This document shows, piece by piece, positions 49,917 to 61,690 of a stretch of 64,000 nt of DNA. Location of the stretch: the NCBI RefSeq assembly GCF_001194135.2, contig NC_068981.1:188467451-188531450 (forward strand), given 5' to 3'. Numbering within the stretch: position 1 is the first letter of the stretch; each line of letters begins with the position of its first letter. The translations under genes were made by a program, and so were the position numbers. The stretch comes from Octopus bimaculoides. Taxonomy: Eukaryota. The notes beneath the pieces are model-generated. The model worked only from the letters and a program-made list of their open reading frames with translations, had not been told where the DNA came from and did not search any database.

Positions 49917-50105
49917 TTAGAAATACAAGTAGCTGTTTATGTACTCGATATAACTATCAAGCAAATAAAGTACTCACCAACTGTAAATGAAGTACCCAGT
50001 TTCTGTTCTCGGAGAAGGCTATTTGGAGATGTTTTTGTCAATATTATTCTTTGTGTGATAATATTTTTAATAATAATCATCACATTTATTAAACACAATA
50101 AATAA
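49917..50105 (+). CDS. candidate terminal exon with a C-terminal transmembrane helix
   Basis: Acceptor aatgttttattgtag, then LEIQVAVYVLDITIKQIKYSPTVNEVPSFCSRRRLFGDVFVNIILCVIIFLIIIITFIKHNK*. The paralogous block at ~52130 has stops in this frame. Confidence 0.25.
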   Translation, partial: LEIQVAVYVLDITIKQIKYSPTVNEVPSFCSRRRLFGDVFVNIILCVIIFLIIIITFIKHNK

Positions 50106-51552
50106 GATTGTCAAATGTTTCATATAAGATAAATAGATGAATAGGTAAACAGTTTAGAGAAATATATTTATCACAATAAATACTAATGTTGAAAATTATA
50201 TTCGCTTGAGATGAAATCAAGTTTACGAAAATAGTATCTAAAATATAAATAGCTATTTCTATGATCTCTCTCAAAGAAAAATATTACATTCATATGGGCT
50301 TTAAAAACATTTATCTGCATGAGTGTTTGAAAAATGTTTTCCTGTTTTAATATCAGACAAATTATTGATAATTTGAAACCCTATAATAAAAAAGAATTAT
50401 AAACTAAAAGCAATTTATGTAAAAGAGAATATTTGGAAAAAGTGTATGAAACATTTTGTGAGTTGTTTTGTATAATATTAAGGATATTTTCTGTGCGTGT
50501 GTGCACACATATCTATAGACATATATCTTTTATATTGTATTAGCTAACAAACAAAAAAATTACTATTACAAACTAATTTTTAAAACACAAATAATAACTA
50601 CATTTTGTTAAAATCCTGTGACAGTGAAAAACATAATTTGAATTTTTTATTAGTGGTAGATATGAGAAAGCATATTATTTTGAAATAAAGAATAACATAA
50701 ACCCCTTGAGGTAAATTTCTTCTTTAAAACAAATTCTTAGAGAATTAAGTTGCTGAAAATGATCAAAGTTCAAGTAAAAAATAAATCTTTTGTGAATTTT
50801 TAAGTCAGTAAAAGCTATTTGTCTGAGAGACAACCAAAGTGACAGGAACATTTGATGGAACCTGGGTATATAGATTGATTGAACAATTACAAATTCCTAT
50901 TTTCTTTTAGATAGCTTTAGTTACATTTGGCTAAAAGACCAAAATTACCTGTGAAAAAAATTATCCCTGGTTAAATATTTCATGAAAAATATTCCATTCT
51001 TGCAGAAATTCTATATTTTAATCATTTAGCTTTCATTACAAAATATGCTGGAGAATCAGATTTGAAACCCTATGAAGTTGTACATGATAAATGCTAAAGT
51101 AATGGATAATAAGAGTAACTACTGAACATTAAAAGTTTTGCCTGATTGATGATATTGCAGTTTCACACTGATTCATAAAAAGGAAGCTTTTATGGTGTTT
51201 ATGAAAATGAAAATGTTCAAATCTATTTATCAAAAAAAGAAAAGGAAAATATTATTAGTGACTTTTAGAATATTCAACATGCATTCAATGGTTTGTGCAC
51301 ATTGATATCTTCCTGTGTAAATTTCTGTCAGTTTTGATGTGCATATTAAATGCATTCTGTTGTAAAACTTTTGCATAAAATATCAACCGCCTATTATATT
51401 TCCAAGAAGCAAAGCAATATTTAAAATTATATATGTTGTCAATGCATACACACAGTTTGTAGTACATCAGTAATATGTAAGTATGCCACTTACATTGATA
51501 TCTGCTTTGTTTACATCATTTAATGCTCTACATTTCAATACATTTGCAGTAA

Positions 51553-51590
<38 letters not shown>

Positions 51591-52700
51591 CGATAATGAT
51601 GATGATACTGTTTCAAATTTTGGTACAAGACCAGTAATTTTAAGCACAGGGAGCAAGTCAGTGATAACTACAATAATAATAATAAACAATCCATGCAATA
51701 AAGATTAGATTTTAACAATACATATAAATTCAATCAATAATATTTCATGTATATTACAACACATCAACTATATTTCAACAACATATTAAACAAGATCTTT
51801 ACAGCATTAAGTGCATGGATGCATTCACACCATATAATTCGATTTCAAGAATGTCTTTGCTTCTCAAAAATATAACAGGCTGTTGATATTTTCTGTAAAA
51901 GTTTTGTAATGGAATGCATTTGATATGCATAGCAAAGTAGATGTGAATTTATGCAAGCAGATAACAAAGTGCATAAGCTATTGAATATAAGTAACATATT
52001 CTTAGAGTTGTTGAGGATGTGTTGCCTGCTTATCTGCAACAAACCACAAACATATAAACCTGCAAACAAGCTGCTTGTAACCAAAGTGATTTATAAATTT
52101 GCTTGGAAACATGAATGTTGTAAATTACATGACTTTGATGTAAATAATATGCAAATGAAGTGCTCATTGGCTGTAAATGAAGAGCTCATTAAGTAGTTAG
52201 TGTAGAAGAATGATGTATGTAAATCATTTGTCAATATTATTTGTGTAATTATACTTTTTTTCCAACAATAATGGACACATTAGAAATGTTGGGATTAACC
52301 ACAGTAAATAAGTTCATCTCATGTTTCCCCTAAAAATACAAAAACAAATAAACAGTTTTGAGAATTACATTTATCACAATAAATACTAATACAGAAAATT
52401 TTATTTGCATGGGAAGAGATTAAGTTTGCGAAAATAGTATCTAAAATATAAACAACTGCTTCCATGATTTCTCTGAAAGAAAAATATTGCATTCGTACAG
52501 GCTTGGAAAACATTGTATGCATGTGTGTAGGGATGGTTTTCTCTTCTACAATATCAGACAAATTATCGATAATTTAAAACCCTACTGTAAATAAGATTAT
52601 TTTACAACCTGAAAGTGATCTATTATAAAAGTGATAATTCAAAAAAAGTATTGGAAACTTTTTGTGAGTCTCTATATAACAAAGGATATTTCCATTTTTT
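49930..52700. repeat. old direct duplication: 49930-50510 versus 52130-52700
   Basis: Shared anchors GCAAAT.AAG, CTGTAAATGAAG, TTTGTCAATATTAT, TTTATCACAATAAATACTAAT, GAAAATAGTATCTAAAATATAAA, AATATCAGACAAATTAT and TTTGTGAGT, all collinear. Confidence 0.85.
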
Positions 52701-54482
52701 GTGTGTGTGTGTGTGTGTGTGTGTACATACACAGGTTTTTATGTATGTATAATTACACATTGACCATTCACTCTCCTCTAAGTTCAATATGCATTTACAA
52801 TAAGGGACAACTGCAACATACTACACCATACAACTCAAAATAAAGTTACATAAGAAAACGTTTATAGAATTTCATCATCATCATCGTTTAACGTCTGTTT
52901 TCCATGCTGGCATGGGTTGGACGGTTCAACTGGAGTCTGGGAAGCCAGGAGGCTGCACCAGGCTCCAGTCTGATTTGGCAGTGTTTCTACAGCTGGATGC
53001 CCTTCCTAACACCAATCACTCCAAGAATGTAGTGGGTGCTTTTTTATGTGTCACTGGCACAGGGGCCAGAGGGGGCTGGCATCGATCATGATCGGATGTT
53101 GGATTAATCATCAATGATACATCACAGTACTAAAATAAATACAGACAGCATACCCTCACAAACAAAAGAAGCACAAGACTGATGGTGTATAAGTGTAACA
53201 GTCATATTCCATTCATGGTTTTAAAGCTGGACACAAATCACATTCACCTGAGTATAAAAGAGGCAGTTATTACATTGGTAGCATTCCACATCCTGACAAT
53301 CAGGCTAGGAAAGTCTAGAAACACTGATGATGGGTTTATTGTTCCAAACTAATTACAAAGGACTCCTGCAAAAATAGGAAAACAAAAACATAGAAACTAA
53401 TTAAAGACAAAACTAGAAAGCATAGTTTTCAATACAACTCGACTACAACAAATGTTGTTTTCTCTCCCTCCCTCTCATTTTCTCTCTCTCACACACACAC
53501 TCACACTCACTATATTATGTTATATCGCTGTTTGTCTTGCAAGATTCTGATGTGAAACTGTGGAACAAATATCTTGAGATCGTCGTTCTACCAGTAAAAA
53601 TAATAAACTGATAATAAAGAAGTCCATTACTATTTCTTTACTATTAATTGAACTGTCATCGCCTTTCTTTACATGTCTGTAAACTTTTCGGTGAGTTCCC
53701 TGTAGATGTTGACTTTCTTTTTATACCATTTGCTTTTTGTCGGTTTGTATGTAATGCAATGTGCAAATAAAGACTGAACACCAAAAAAAAAAAAATAACT
53801 ATATAAGAAAAAAAGTGAATAAAAATGAACAACTGCATGGAAATTATTAAAAAGGTTACAGATATGTAAGGAAAGACTTTGACAGAACAATCTACAACAA
53901 AGAAGTGAATTTCAATGAATGTGTGTTTTGTCAGGACTACTCTCCCAAAATACTGTAATATGCACACACACATATATATTTAATTCTAATTTACTCTCAT
54001 CCATCATTTATATTCTTGTGTAATGGTAGGAGTTTCCAGTGAATTCTATTTCCATACTCATTCCTATGGGGATAGCTGAAACCAAATCCTAATAGATGGA
54101 ACTCTAGCCTCTTATTTACTAATAAACTGTGTCCATGTCTTGTCAGTTGTTCCTGCTTTTTTTTCACCCAAACAAATATGTTATTTCTTAATCTGTGATT
54201 TTCATCCTCATTTGGTATTATAGTATATAGTGCATTATTTTGTCAAACCATTCCAGTTAACAATTGTCTTTTTCGCTGAAAGCATTCAAATTTAGTAGCT
54301 GTTCAAAAATGTTCCTCACACATACGCACACTCACACACAAAGTAAACAAATAGATGGAAAACAAGGTGAAAAAAATAGGACTTGAATGCCAAAGATTAA
54401 TATACCTAAAACCAAAAAAAAAAAAAACTGCTAAATCTGTAACTCAGAGTTTCACAGGACTGTTTGTCAGACAGTTACAATA

Positions 54483-55986
54483 TATTGGGCCATCCCAATT
54501 ATGTGGCTTTTTTTATACTTCTTTTATTTTTCAAAATTAAGATAAACAAAGTTCTTTTTTAATCTAAAATATACTCTCCATCATTTTCTACAATGCTCTT
54601 CCATCTATCTAGTAGACTTGCAAGGCCCCTCTTCCCAAATTCACTTGTCTGTGATGAAAAATACTCCTCCAGTACTGTTCTGACCTCGTCTACAAAATTC
54701 ATAATTTTTCTTATTTCTTTATTGCCCACAAGGGGCCAAACACAGAAGGGACAAACAGGGACAGACAAAGGGATTAAGTAGATTAGATCAACCCCAGTGC
54801 ATAACTGGTACTTAATTTATTGACCCTGAAAGAATGAAAGGCAAAGTCGACCTCAGCGGAATTTGAACTCAGAATGTAACGGCAGATGAAATACCGCTAA
54901 GCATTTTGCCCGGCGTGCTAACATTTCTGCCAGCTCACCACCTTTCATAATTCAGAATTTTTCTGTCCAAATGATTTTGAAGACTGCAGAATAAATGATA
55001 ATCAGATGGGGCAATGTCCAGTGAATGTGGTGAGTGGGGCATCGTTTCCCATTCAAACTGCTCTAACCTTTAGAATGTCATCCTCTTTGTATGTGGCTGA
55101 GCATTATCCTGATGAAAGAACACCTTTCATCTTGAAACCAAAGATGGTCGTTTTCCTTTTAGTACTGCTTGAGCTGCTTGCAGTAGATCTACTTTGTTAT
55201 CATTTGGTTTGGGTTTAAAAATTCAAAGTGGACTAAACCTTTCATATCCCACCAAACAGATAACAACACATTACATGGGTGAAGATCTTCTTTAGCCTGG
55301 GCTGCCAGTGTTTGTCCTTTTCCTACCCACTGTCTTTGGTACTTGACAGTTTTATAGAGAACACATTTCTGATCACAAGTCACTATTCAGTTCAAAAATG
55401 GTTCATTTGTGAGACCCGAGAGCAAAGAAGAGCACACATTCATTTTCTGCATGCAATTAGACTCGGAAAGTTTGTGAGGAACCCATTGAACCAATTTTCC
55501 GATTTTTCTGATGGTACACAGGTACCGATGAATGGTTGAATGACCAAATCCAAGCTTCTCTGCTAGTTTCTCAACAGTTACGATAGGACCAAGGTTTGGA
55601 GGATGTCCTCATCCAGCTCTACAGATCTTCAAAGATGAGGCTCATCTTCTAGGCTGTTGCTTCTGGCTCAGAATTTCTGGAACCACTGTTGACACTGGCT
55701 TACACTTATTGTCCAATCCCCATACACTGCATTAATATACTTCGCACCTTTCATTGTGCTGTTGCCTTTGTTGAACTCATAAAGCAAAATATGCCGAATA
55801 TGCTGCATTGTCACTTCCATTAAAGCTTTGAAAAAATAACAGTTAAAATCAAACTGCACTCTTCAAACCTTGCACTAAGAATAAGGACAAGATAAAATTG
55901 CTACCTGCAAGTAGTTTATCCTGTCACCCTCTGACTTTTAGTTCATGCAATTCAAAAAACCACATTATTTATGGGATGACCTAATG
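54483..55986 (-). mobile_element. decayed mariner (Tc1/mariner, DD34D-type) transposon
   Basis: TIRs TATTGGGCCATCCCAATTATGTGG / CCACATTATTTATGGGATGACCTAAT. Transposase pieces: HIRHILLYEFNKG..WFQKF; TCDQKCVLY..LHPCNVLLSVWWD; PHSLDIAPSDYHLF; RGLASLLDRWKSIVENDGEY. Confidence 0.9.
54707..54943 (-). mobile_element. SINE family C inserted into the mariner transposase
   Basis: 9-bp TSD TTCATAATT at 54698-54706 and 54944-54952. Confidence 0.9.
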
Positions 55987-56999
55987 TGTGTGTGTGTGTG
56001 TTTAAGAACTTACTTTTCAATAGGCCTAATTGTCATTTCTGTTCTAATCTGATAGGAAAATAATTTATACATAGAGGTACCATTTAGATATATATGTGCA
56101 ATTAGTTTATACAAATAATTGCTACTTTGTCCATGCGAGGTTAAAACATTCATAACATAAATACAGTTGAGCTCTCTTCTGTCAAGAACAATTGAAATAC
56201 CTCCAGGATAAGTAATAATTGTTTTTCTTGGCAGGTGTAAAAATAATCATTGTATATTTATCTATGAGGATAATGAAGTTTATTGTCATCTAAAAGTCGA
56301 TAAATTTCAGTCAAGTTTCATTCTCAACTGTATTTTATTTCGCTGTCATAAAATTGGCATGTTTAAATTTTCTAAGTGCTCAATAGAATTTAAAGTTTTT
56401 TTTTGAATACATTTAAAAGAGTTTAACAATTGCTTTAGTTCCAGAGCTACTCTACGAAAAACCAGATAAACTTGATCCTAATCACAAACAATGTAAAGTA
56501 GGACAGAAAATGCTTATTTTCATTGCTTTCTCCCATCTTAAATAAATGTAGATGTTCTAAGAGAAAGACTTGTTCGTTTTTAACAAAAAGATAATTTCTT
56601 ATTTTCTTTTACTCTCTGATTTTGATTATGTAAATAATAATTTTATGTTTCTTTCCATTTACTAAATTGCACTGCACATTTCAATTTTTTATTTTCTTAA
56701 GCTACCCTCACAACCAACATGTTTTGCTTATTCTTCTGTCAAAGTTTTCTTGCATTACCTACATATTATAGTGTTAACCAAAGTTCAATAGAGATTAAAA
56801 ATGTCAGAAATCCTATTTTTATTCTACTCATCTTTATAATTTCTATTACTTTTTTTGTTTTAGTTCTGGAGCTTTTCTACTAAGAGACTGATAAGCTTTT
56901 ATAACTTAATCAGAAAAAAATGCAGTCGGAACAAATCTAGTTTATTGGTTTCTCCATCATAATCTAATACAGAAAATAGTCTAAGAGAAACCGTTTTAT

Positions 57000-57265
57000 G
57001 TGAAAGTACATGGCCCAGTGGTTAGGCTGTTACACTCATGGTTGCTAAGTCATGGGTTTGATTCCCATACTGAGTGGTGCATTGTGTTCTTGGACAAAAC
57101 ATTTCATTTCACATTGTTCCAGTCCCTCTTTTGATCAATTTTAGAGGAGGGGAATGTCTGCTTGTTTGCCTAGCCAGTTGGGTGGCGCCATTTGAAGGCT
57201 AAAACAATGCAAAGTGCATTGTGACCAATGATAATGACATCTGGCACCCTGGTCAGTCACGTAAT
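57000..57265 (+). mobile_element. tRNA-derived SINE family B
   Basis: TGGCCCAGTGGTTAGG (A box), GGGTTTGATTCCC (B box), CORE-like TGTGTTCTTGGACAAAACATTTCATTTCAC. Confidence 0.7.
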
Positions 57266-57319
57266 ATATATATAATATATATATGTGGACAACAGACATT
57301 AAATGGTGATGATGATATG

Positions 57320-57420
<101 letters not shown>

Positions 57421-58122
57421 AAAATTAGGGAATGGAGTAGATAAAATCCAAGCTGCATATGTTTCATAGCTAGCAGAACCTTGGAAGTAGTAATTACCCA
57501 AATGAGGTGTAACTTGCTAGCTACTTGTCAGGCCAAAGATACCTTAGCCAAATGAAGGTTACACTGTCATCAAGGGATCCTGTAACTCGTAGGAGATTAT
57601 ATATATATATATGGGGAAAGTAAGAAGAAAAAAGTGAAAATGCACATTGGATATCAAAAAATTAAAGGCCTTTTTATGAAAAGTAATGATAAATATATAC
57701 AATTAGATGAACTTCTTACTTTCCCCATATCTCTTCCATGTGGAGTTTCTATTTTCTTTTTGAAACATATTTCTATTATATATATATATATATAATTGAA
57801 TAAGGTTTTGTAACAAATGGGACTGCAATTGAATATCACCTGAAGAAATACAATGGGATCCCATTATACAGGTAAACTGTTGCATAATCAAATTCCTGCA
57901 AATATGAATAACTCTGTTGTATAGAAATATGTGTAGTGATAACTGCCCAACTGCACTCCCTCATGTTGACTCTATCTTATTCAATTTTATTTTCACACCC
58001 GATGAATGCCCAAACCCAGACTTGGAGGTATATCTTAATACTACCAGCTATTTGGTAATTCAAAGGGTGAACAAGCTCTATTTTGTACTCTGCAACATCC
58101 CTAACAGAATAACAGAATATAC

Positions 58123-58159
<37 letters not shown>

Positions 58160-58619
58160 NNNNNNNNNNNNNNNNNNNNNNNNNNNNNNNNNNNNNNNNN
58201 NNNNNNNNNNNNNNNNNNNNNNNNNNNNNNNNNNNNNNNNNNNNNNNNNNNNNNNNNNNNNNNNNNNNNNNNNNNNNNNNNNNNNNNNNNNNNNNNNNNN
58301 NNNNNNNNNNNNNNNNNNNNNNNNNNNNNNNNNNNNNNNNNNNNNNNNNNNNNNNNNNNNNNNNNNNNNNNNNNNNNNNNNNNNNNNNNNNNNNNNNNNN
58401 NNNNNNNNNNNNNNNNNNNNNNNNNNNNNNNNNNNNNNNNNNNNNNNNNNNNNNNNNNNNNNNNNNNNNNNNNNNNNNNNNNNNNNNNNNNNNNNNNNNN
58501 NNNNNNNNNNNNNNNNNNNNNNNNNNNNNNNNNNNNNNNNNNNNNNNNNNNNNNNNNNNNNNNNNNNNNNNNNNNNNNNNNNNNNNNNNNNNNNNNNNNN
58601 NNNNNNNNNNNNNNNNNNN

Positions 58620-58853
58620 CCAAAAGTCACCCGAAAGTAAATCAAAACCATTTAATTCCAAGATTTAAAAATGTATATATTTTATATGAGACTTCACTAA
58701 TAAATAGACAAATGTTGAAAAAATAAAACGGTGATTTTAACTCACAACATTCAATTATTAAACATTCATAATTGGAATGAATAAATAAAATTGAATATTA
58801 AATATTCATGGAATTTTGATTTACTGTCAGGTGAATTTTGGCCAACCCTGTAT
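58620..58853. mobile_element. Tc1/mariner-type MITE, left end lost in a gap
   Basis: CCAAAAGTCACCCGAAAGTAAATCAAAA matches the reverse complement of the right end, TA-CAGGGTTGGCCAAAATTCACCTGACAGTAAATCAAAA. Confidence 0.7.
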
Positions 58854-59329
58854 ATAAAGCAAATAACTGGAAAGCAGGAGTTCATAGTGATTCTTCTTAG
58901 ACAAGTGTATATCCAATATCATAGATAAGAGACATTGAATATTAGGTATCTGGTTCCATCTGGGCACTAATTATCTATTATATGCCTTTTCTGTATCTAT
59001 TACATACCTTTCTTTTTTAAAGGTATTCTTACCTATTAAAACACAAAAGAATACTTATGCTATCTTAATCATGCAATTTATATTTATTGTTGGCTAAAGT
59101 GATGATTCTTTAGGCAGAGAAGGCTGGGGGTGATGATTTTCCACGTGGGTATTCTGAGATAAGGATTCTTCAGATGATTCTAGTCTTCCACACATCTAAA
59201 ATGTTAAGATGGTCATTGCTGAAATGCATTTGAATTGTAGCTCTGTTTGATCAGAGTTGGCCAAGGCCTAAAAAGCAACAACAGCTTCACAGTTTAAATG
59301 TCAAGAGCAGGCAGAAACTACACACTTAC

Positions 59330-59359
59330 TCCTGGGACAAACATCACTTTCCTAACAAC
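59330..59359 (-). CDS. candidate 30-nt exon (VVRKVMFVPG)
   Basis: Acceptor catgattgttttctag, donor GGA|GTAAGT, open only in phase 0-0. Confidence 0.2.
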
Positions 59360-59554
59360 CTAGAAAACAATCATGAACTATCAGACTGGACTATTGTTTT
59401 GACTGCAGTTTTTGTAGAGCCAGACTAAAATGAAGACACAATAATCAAGGAGTTCTTTTATCTTGAATTATTCCAATCAATTAATGGCTGATTATTCATG
59501 AACTTCTGGTTAAATAGAAAGTTAAGCAGTTTAATATGCGTATCTTTCCTTTTA

Positions 59555-59773
59555 TACTCTCTGTACTCTTTACTCTTTTACTGGTTTCAGTCTTTTTGAC
59601 TGTGGCCATGCTGGAGCACCACCTTTAGTCGAGAAAATCGACCCAGGACTTATTCTTTGGAAGCCTAGTACTTATTCTATCGGTCGTTTTTGCCGAATCG
59701 CTAAGTTACTGGGGCGTAAGCACACCAGCATCGGTTGTCAAGCGATGCTGGAGGGACAAACACAGACACACAA

Positions 59774-59822
<49 letters not shown>

Positions 59823-60008
59823 TATATATATATACATATATACGACAGGCTTCTTTCAGTTTTCGTCTACCAAATCCACTCACAAGGCTTTGGTCGGCCC
59901 GAGGCTATAGTAGAAGACACTTGCCCAAGGTGCCACGCAGTGGGACTGAACCCGGAACCATGTGATTGGTAAGCAAGCTACTTACCACACAGCCACTCCT
60001 ACGCCTAT
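59555..60008 (-). mobile_element. SINE family A, full-length young reference copy
   Basis: CpG-rich head, CORE-like CACCTTGGGCAAGTGTCTTC, internal (TA)n(TG)n, (GAGTAAAA)n-type tail. Confidence 0.9.
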
Positions 60009-61063
60009 GTTAAAATATTTAGAGAAACAGATTTACAGTTTTTTATTTAAGATGCTGTACTAGCACATACATATTGGTCCTAAAGGTGGAAAACTGTCAA
60101 AGTTTTGACCCTGGAAATGAATAACGCAAGCCAGTCATTCATCAAAACTATTTATAGTTGTGGACCTGCATTTCAAAGAAAAGTATCATAAAAATACTGT
60201 ATTCTTTGTATCTTTTACATGTTGTCCAGCTTCACTAAGTAAGTTTATCATCTTGATATAAATCTTCAAGAACATGGTAAATATAATCCTAAGGAACATG
60301 TTATTTATAATGATTTCCTCATATATAAATATGTATGTTACTTGACTACAAAAACATTAGAAGCATTTCTATGGAATAAATCACTATATTATAAATATGA
60401 AAATAACAGGGAGACTCATCTTGATATTTTATTGATACTAATTTAAAGATTCTGTTTATATCATTGCTTTTATATACATTTTTTGTAGCCTAGTTTGGCT
60501 AAAGTACAAGCATTGGTGAAATGTTAGTCAATATGCAGGTTCAAATATTTGATTGATTGACACCATGGACAATTGATATGGTTTATCAAAAAGGAGAATC
60601 AAGGTCAAAGTTTGCTTTATCAAGTAAGATGTTTCCATGGTAGAATTATTATTACTTGTGGCCAATAGCCAACTGAGGAGATGAGTCAAGACTAGTGTTT
60701 TAAGGTTTTTTAATATTTTATTTATTTTTTTTTTTTGTTTTTTCCTAAATTTGGCTGAGTTCACTGGTCAAGTACGAATGAGATAAATGAAATTCTGACT
60801 TGCATAACAGCATTCTTTTACTATTGATATATGTTTAGTGTAACTTACATAGCTTTTAGTAAAACCTATATATAGATATTGCTTGTTTACAATTTCAACT
60901 CCAGCTGTCATCTATGAATTAAGTTTTCCCAAAACATCCTGTCTTTGAGTACTGAAGCTCAGCATCAAAGTAGACATGACAAACTTCAATTTTCAAAGAA
61001 CGCATACACTATATTATGGTGTGCTTTATACAGTTGTTTTTTTCTCTGACAAAGGATCTTGTT

Positions 61064-61305
61064 TTAACCCTTTAGCATTTAAATTGGTGATATCTGACCT
61101 AAATATTCTACTTATTTTATGTTCAAATTGGCCAGATCCAGCCTATCACACATACCCTACAATGTTATTCTTAATAAAAACAATCATATCATCATCATTT
61201 AACGTTTGTTTTCCATGTTGGTATAGGTTGGATGGTTTGACATGAGCTGGCCAACCAGGGAGCTGTCCACCTCATCAAAATCCTGAAGCTATGAGATGAT
61301 GCATC
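61064..61305 (+). mobile_element. TTAA MITE family 1 with an RTE tail fragment inserted (about 61191-61268, - strand)
   Basis: Starts TTAACCCTTTAGCATT; MITE sequence resumes at CTCATCAAAATCCTGAAGCTATGAGA after the RTE piece. Confidence 0.7.
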
Positions 61306-61337
61306 ACTGATTACAAACAATATGAATAGATAAGCAC

Positions 61338-61690
61338 TGGTCCGCTTGACTGGCTTACATGCCAGTGGCACATAAAAAGCACTATCTGAACATGGCCGAT
61401 GCCAGTACCCGCTGACTAGCTCTCATGCTGGTGGCATGTAAAAAGCACCAACTGAACGTGGCTGATGCTAGTACTCCCTGACTGGCCCCCATGCTGGTAG
61501 CATGTAAAAAGCACTATCCGAAAATGATCGATGCCAGGCCCGCCTGACTGGCTCCTGTGCCAATGGCACATAAAAAGCACCCACTACACTCTTGGAGTGG
61601 TTGGTGTTAGGAAGGGCATCCAGCTGTAAAAACATTGCCAGGTCAGATTGGAGCAGCCACTGGCTCTCCAGACCTTAGTCAAACCGTCCA
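61338..61690 (+). mobile_element. RTE LINE 3' UTR with about 3.5 66-bp tandem units
   Basis: GACT(G/A)GC starts at 61348, 61414, 61480 and 61546. Confidence 0.85.

Noticed and set aside
53320-53360. Second hammerhead (ACAC-TGATGA-TGG...CCAAAC)
   Set aside because: It lacks the G of GAAA, has no stem III or stem I partner, and stem II is at most 3 bp.
59099-59157. C/D box snoRNA (GTGATGA at 59099 and 59130, CTGA at 59154)
   Set aside because: No terminal stem, a short C-to-D span, only 9 nt before the putative D' box, and I recognise no rRNA/snRNA complement for the guide. A snoscan run would settle it.
61348-61580. CRISPR-like appearance of the 66-bp units (and of the 37-bp array at 11761)
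   Set aside because: The whole unit repeats, with no unique spacers and no cas genes. The context is a eukaryotic LINE 3' UTR or minisatellite.
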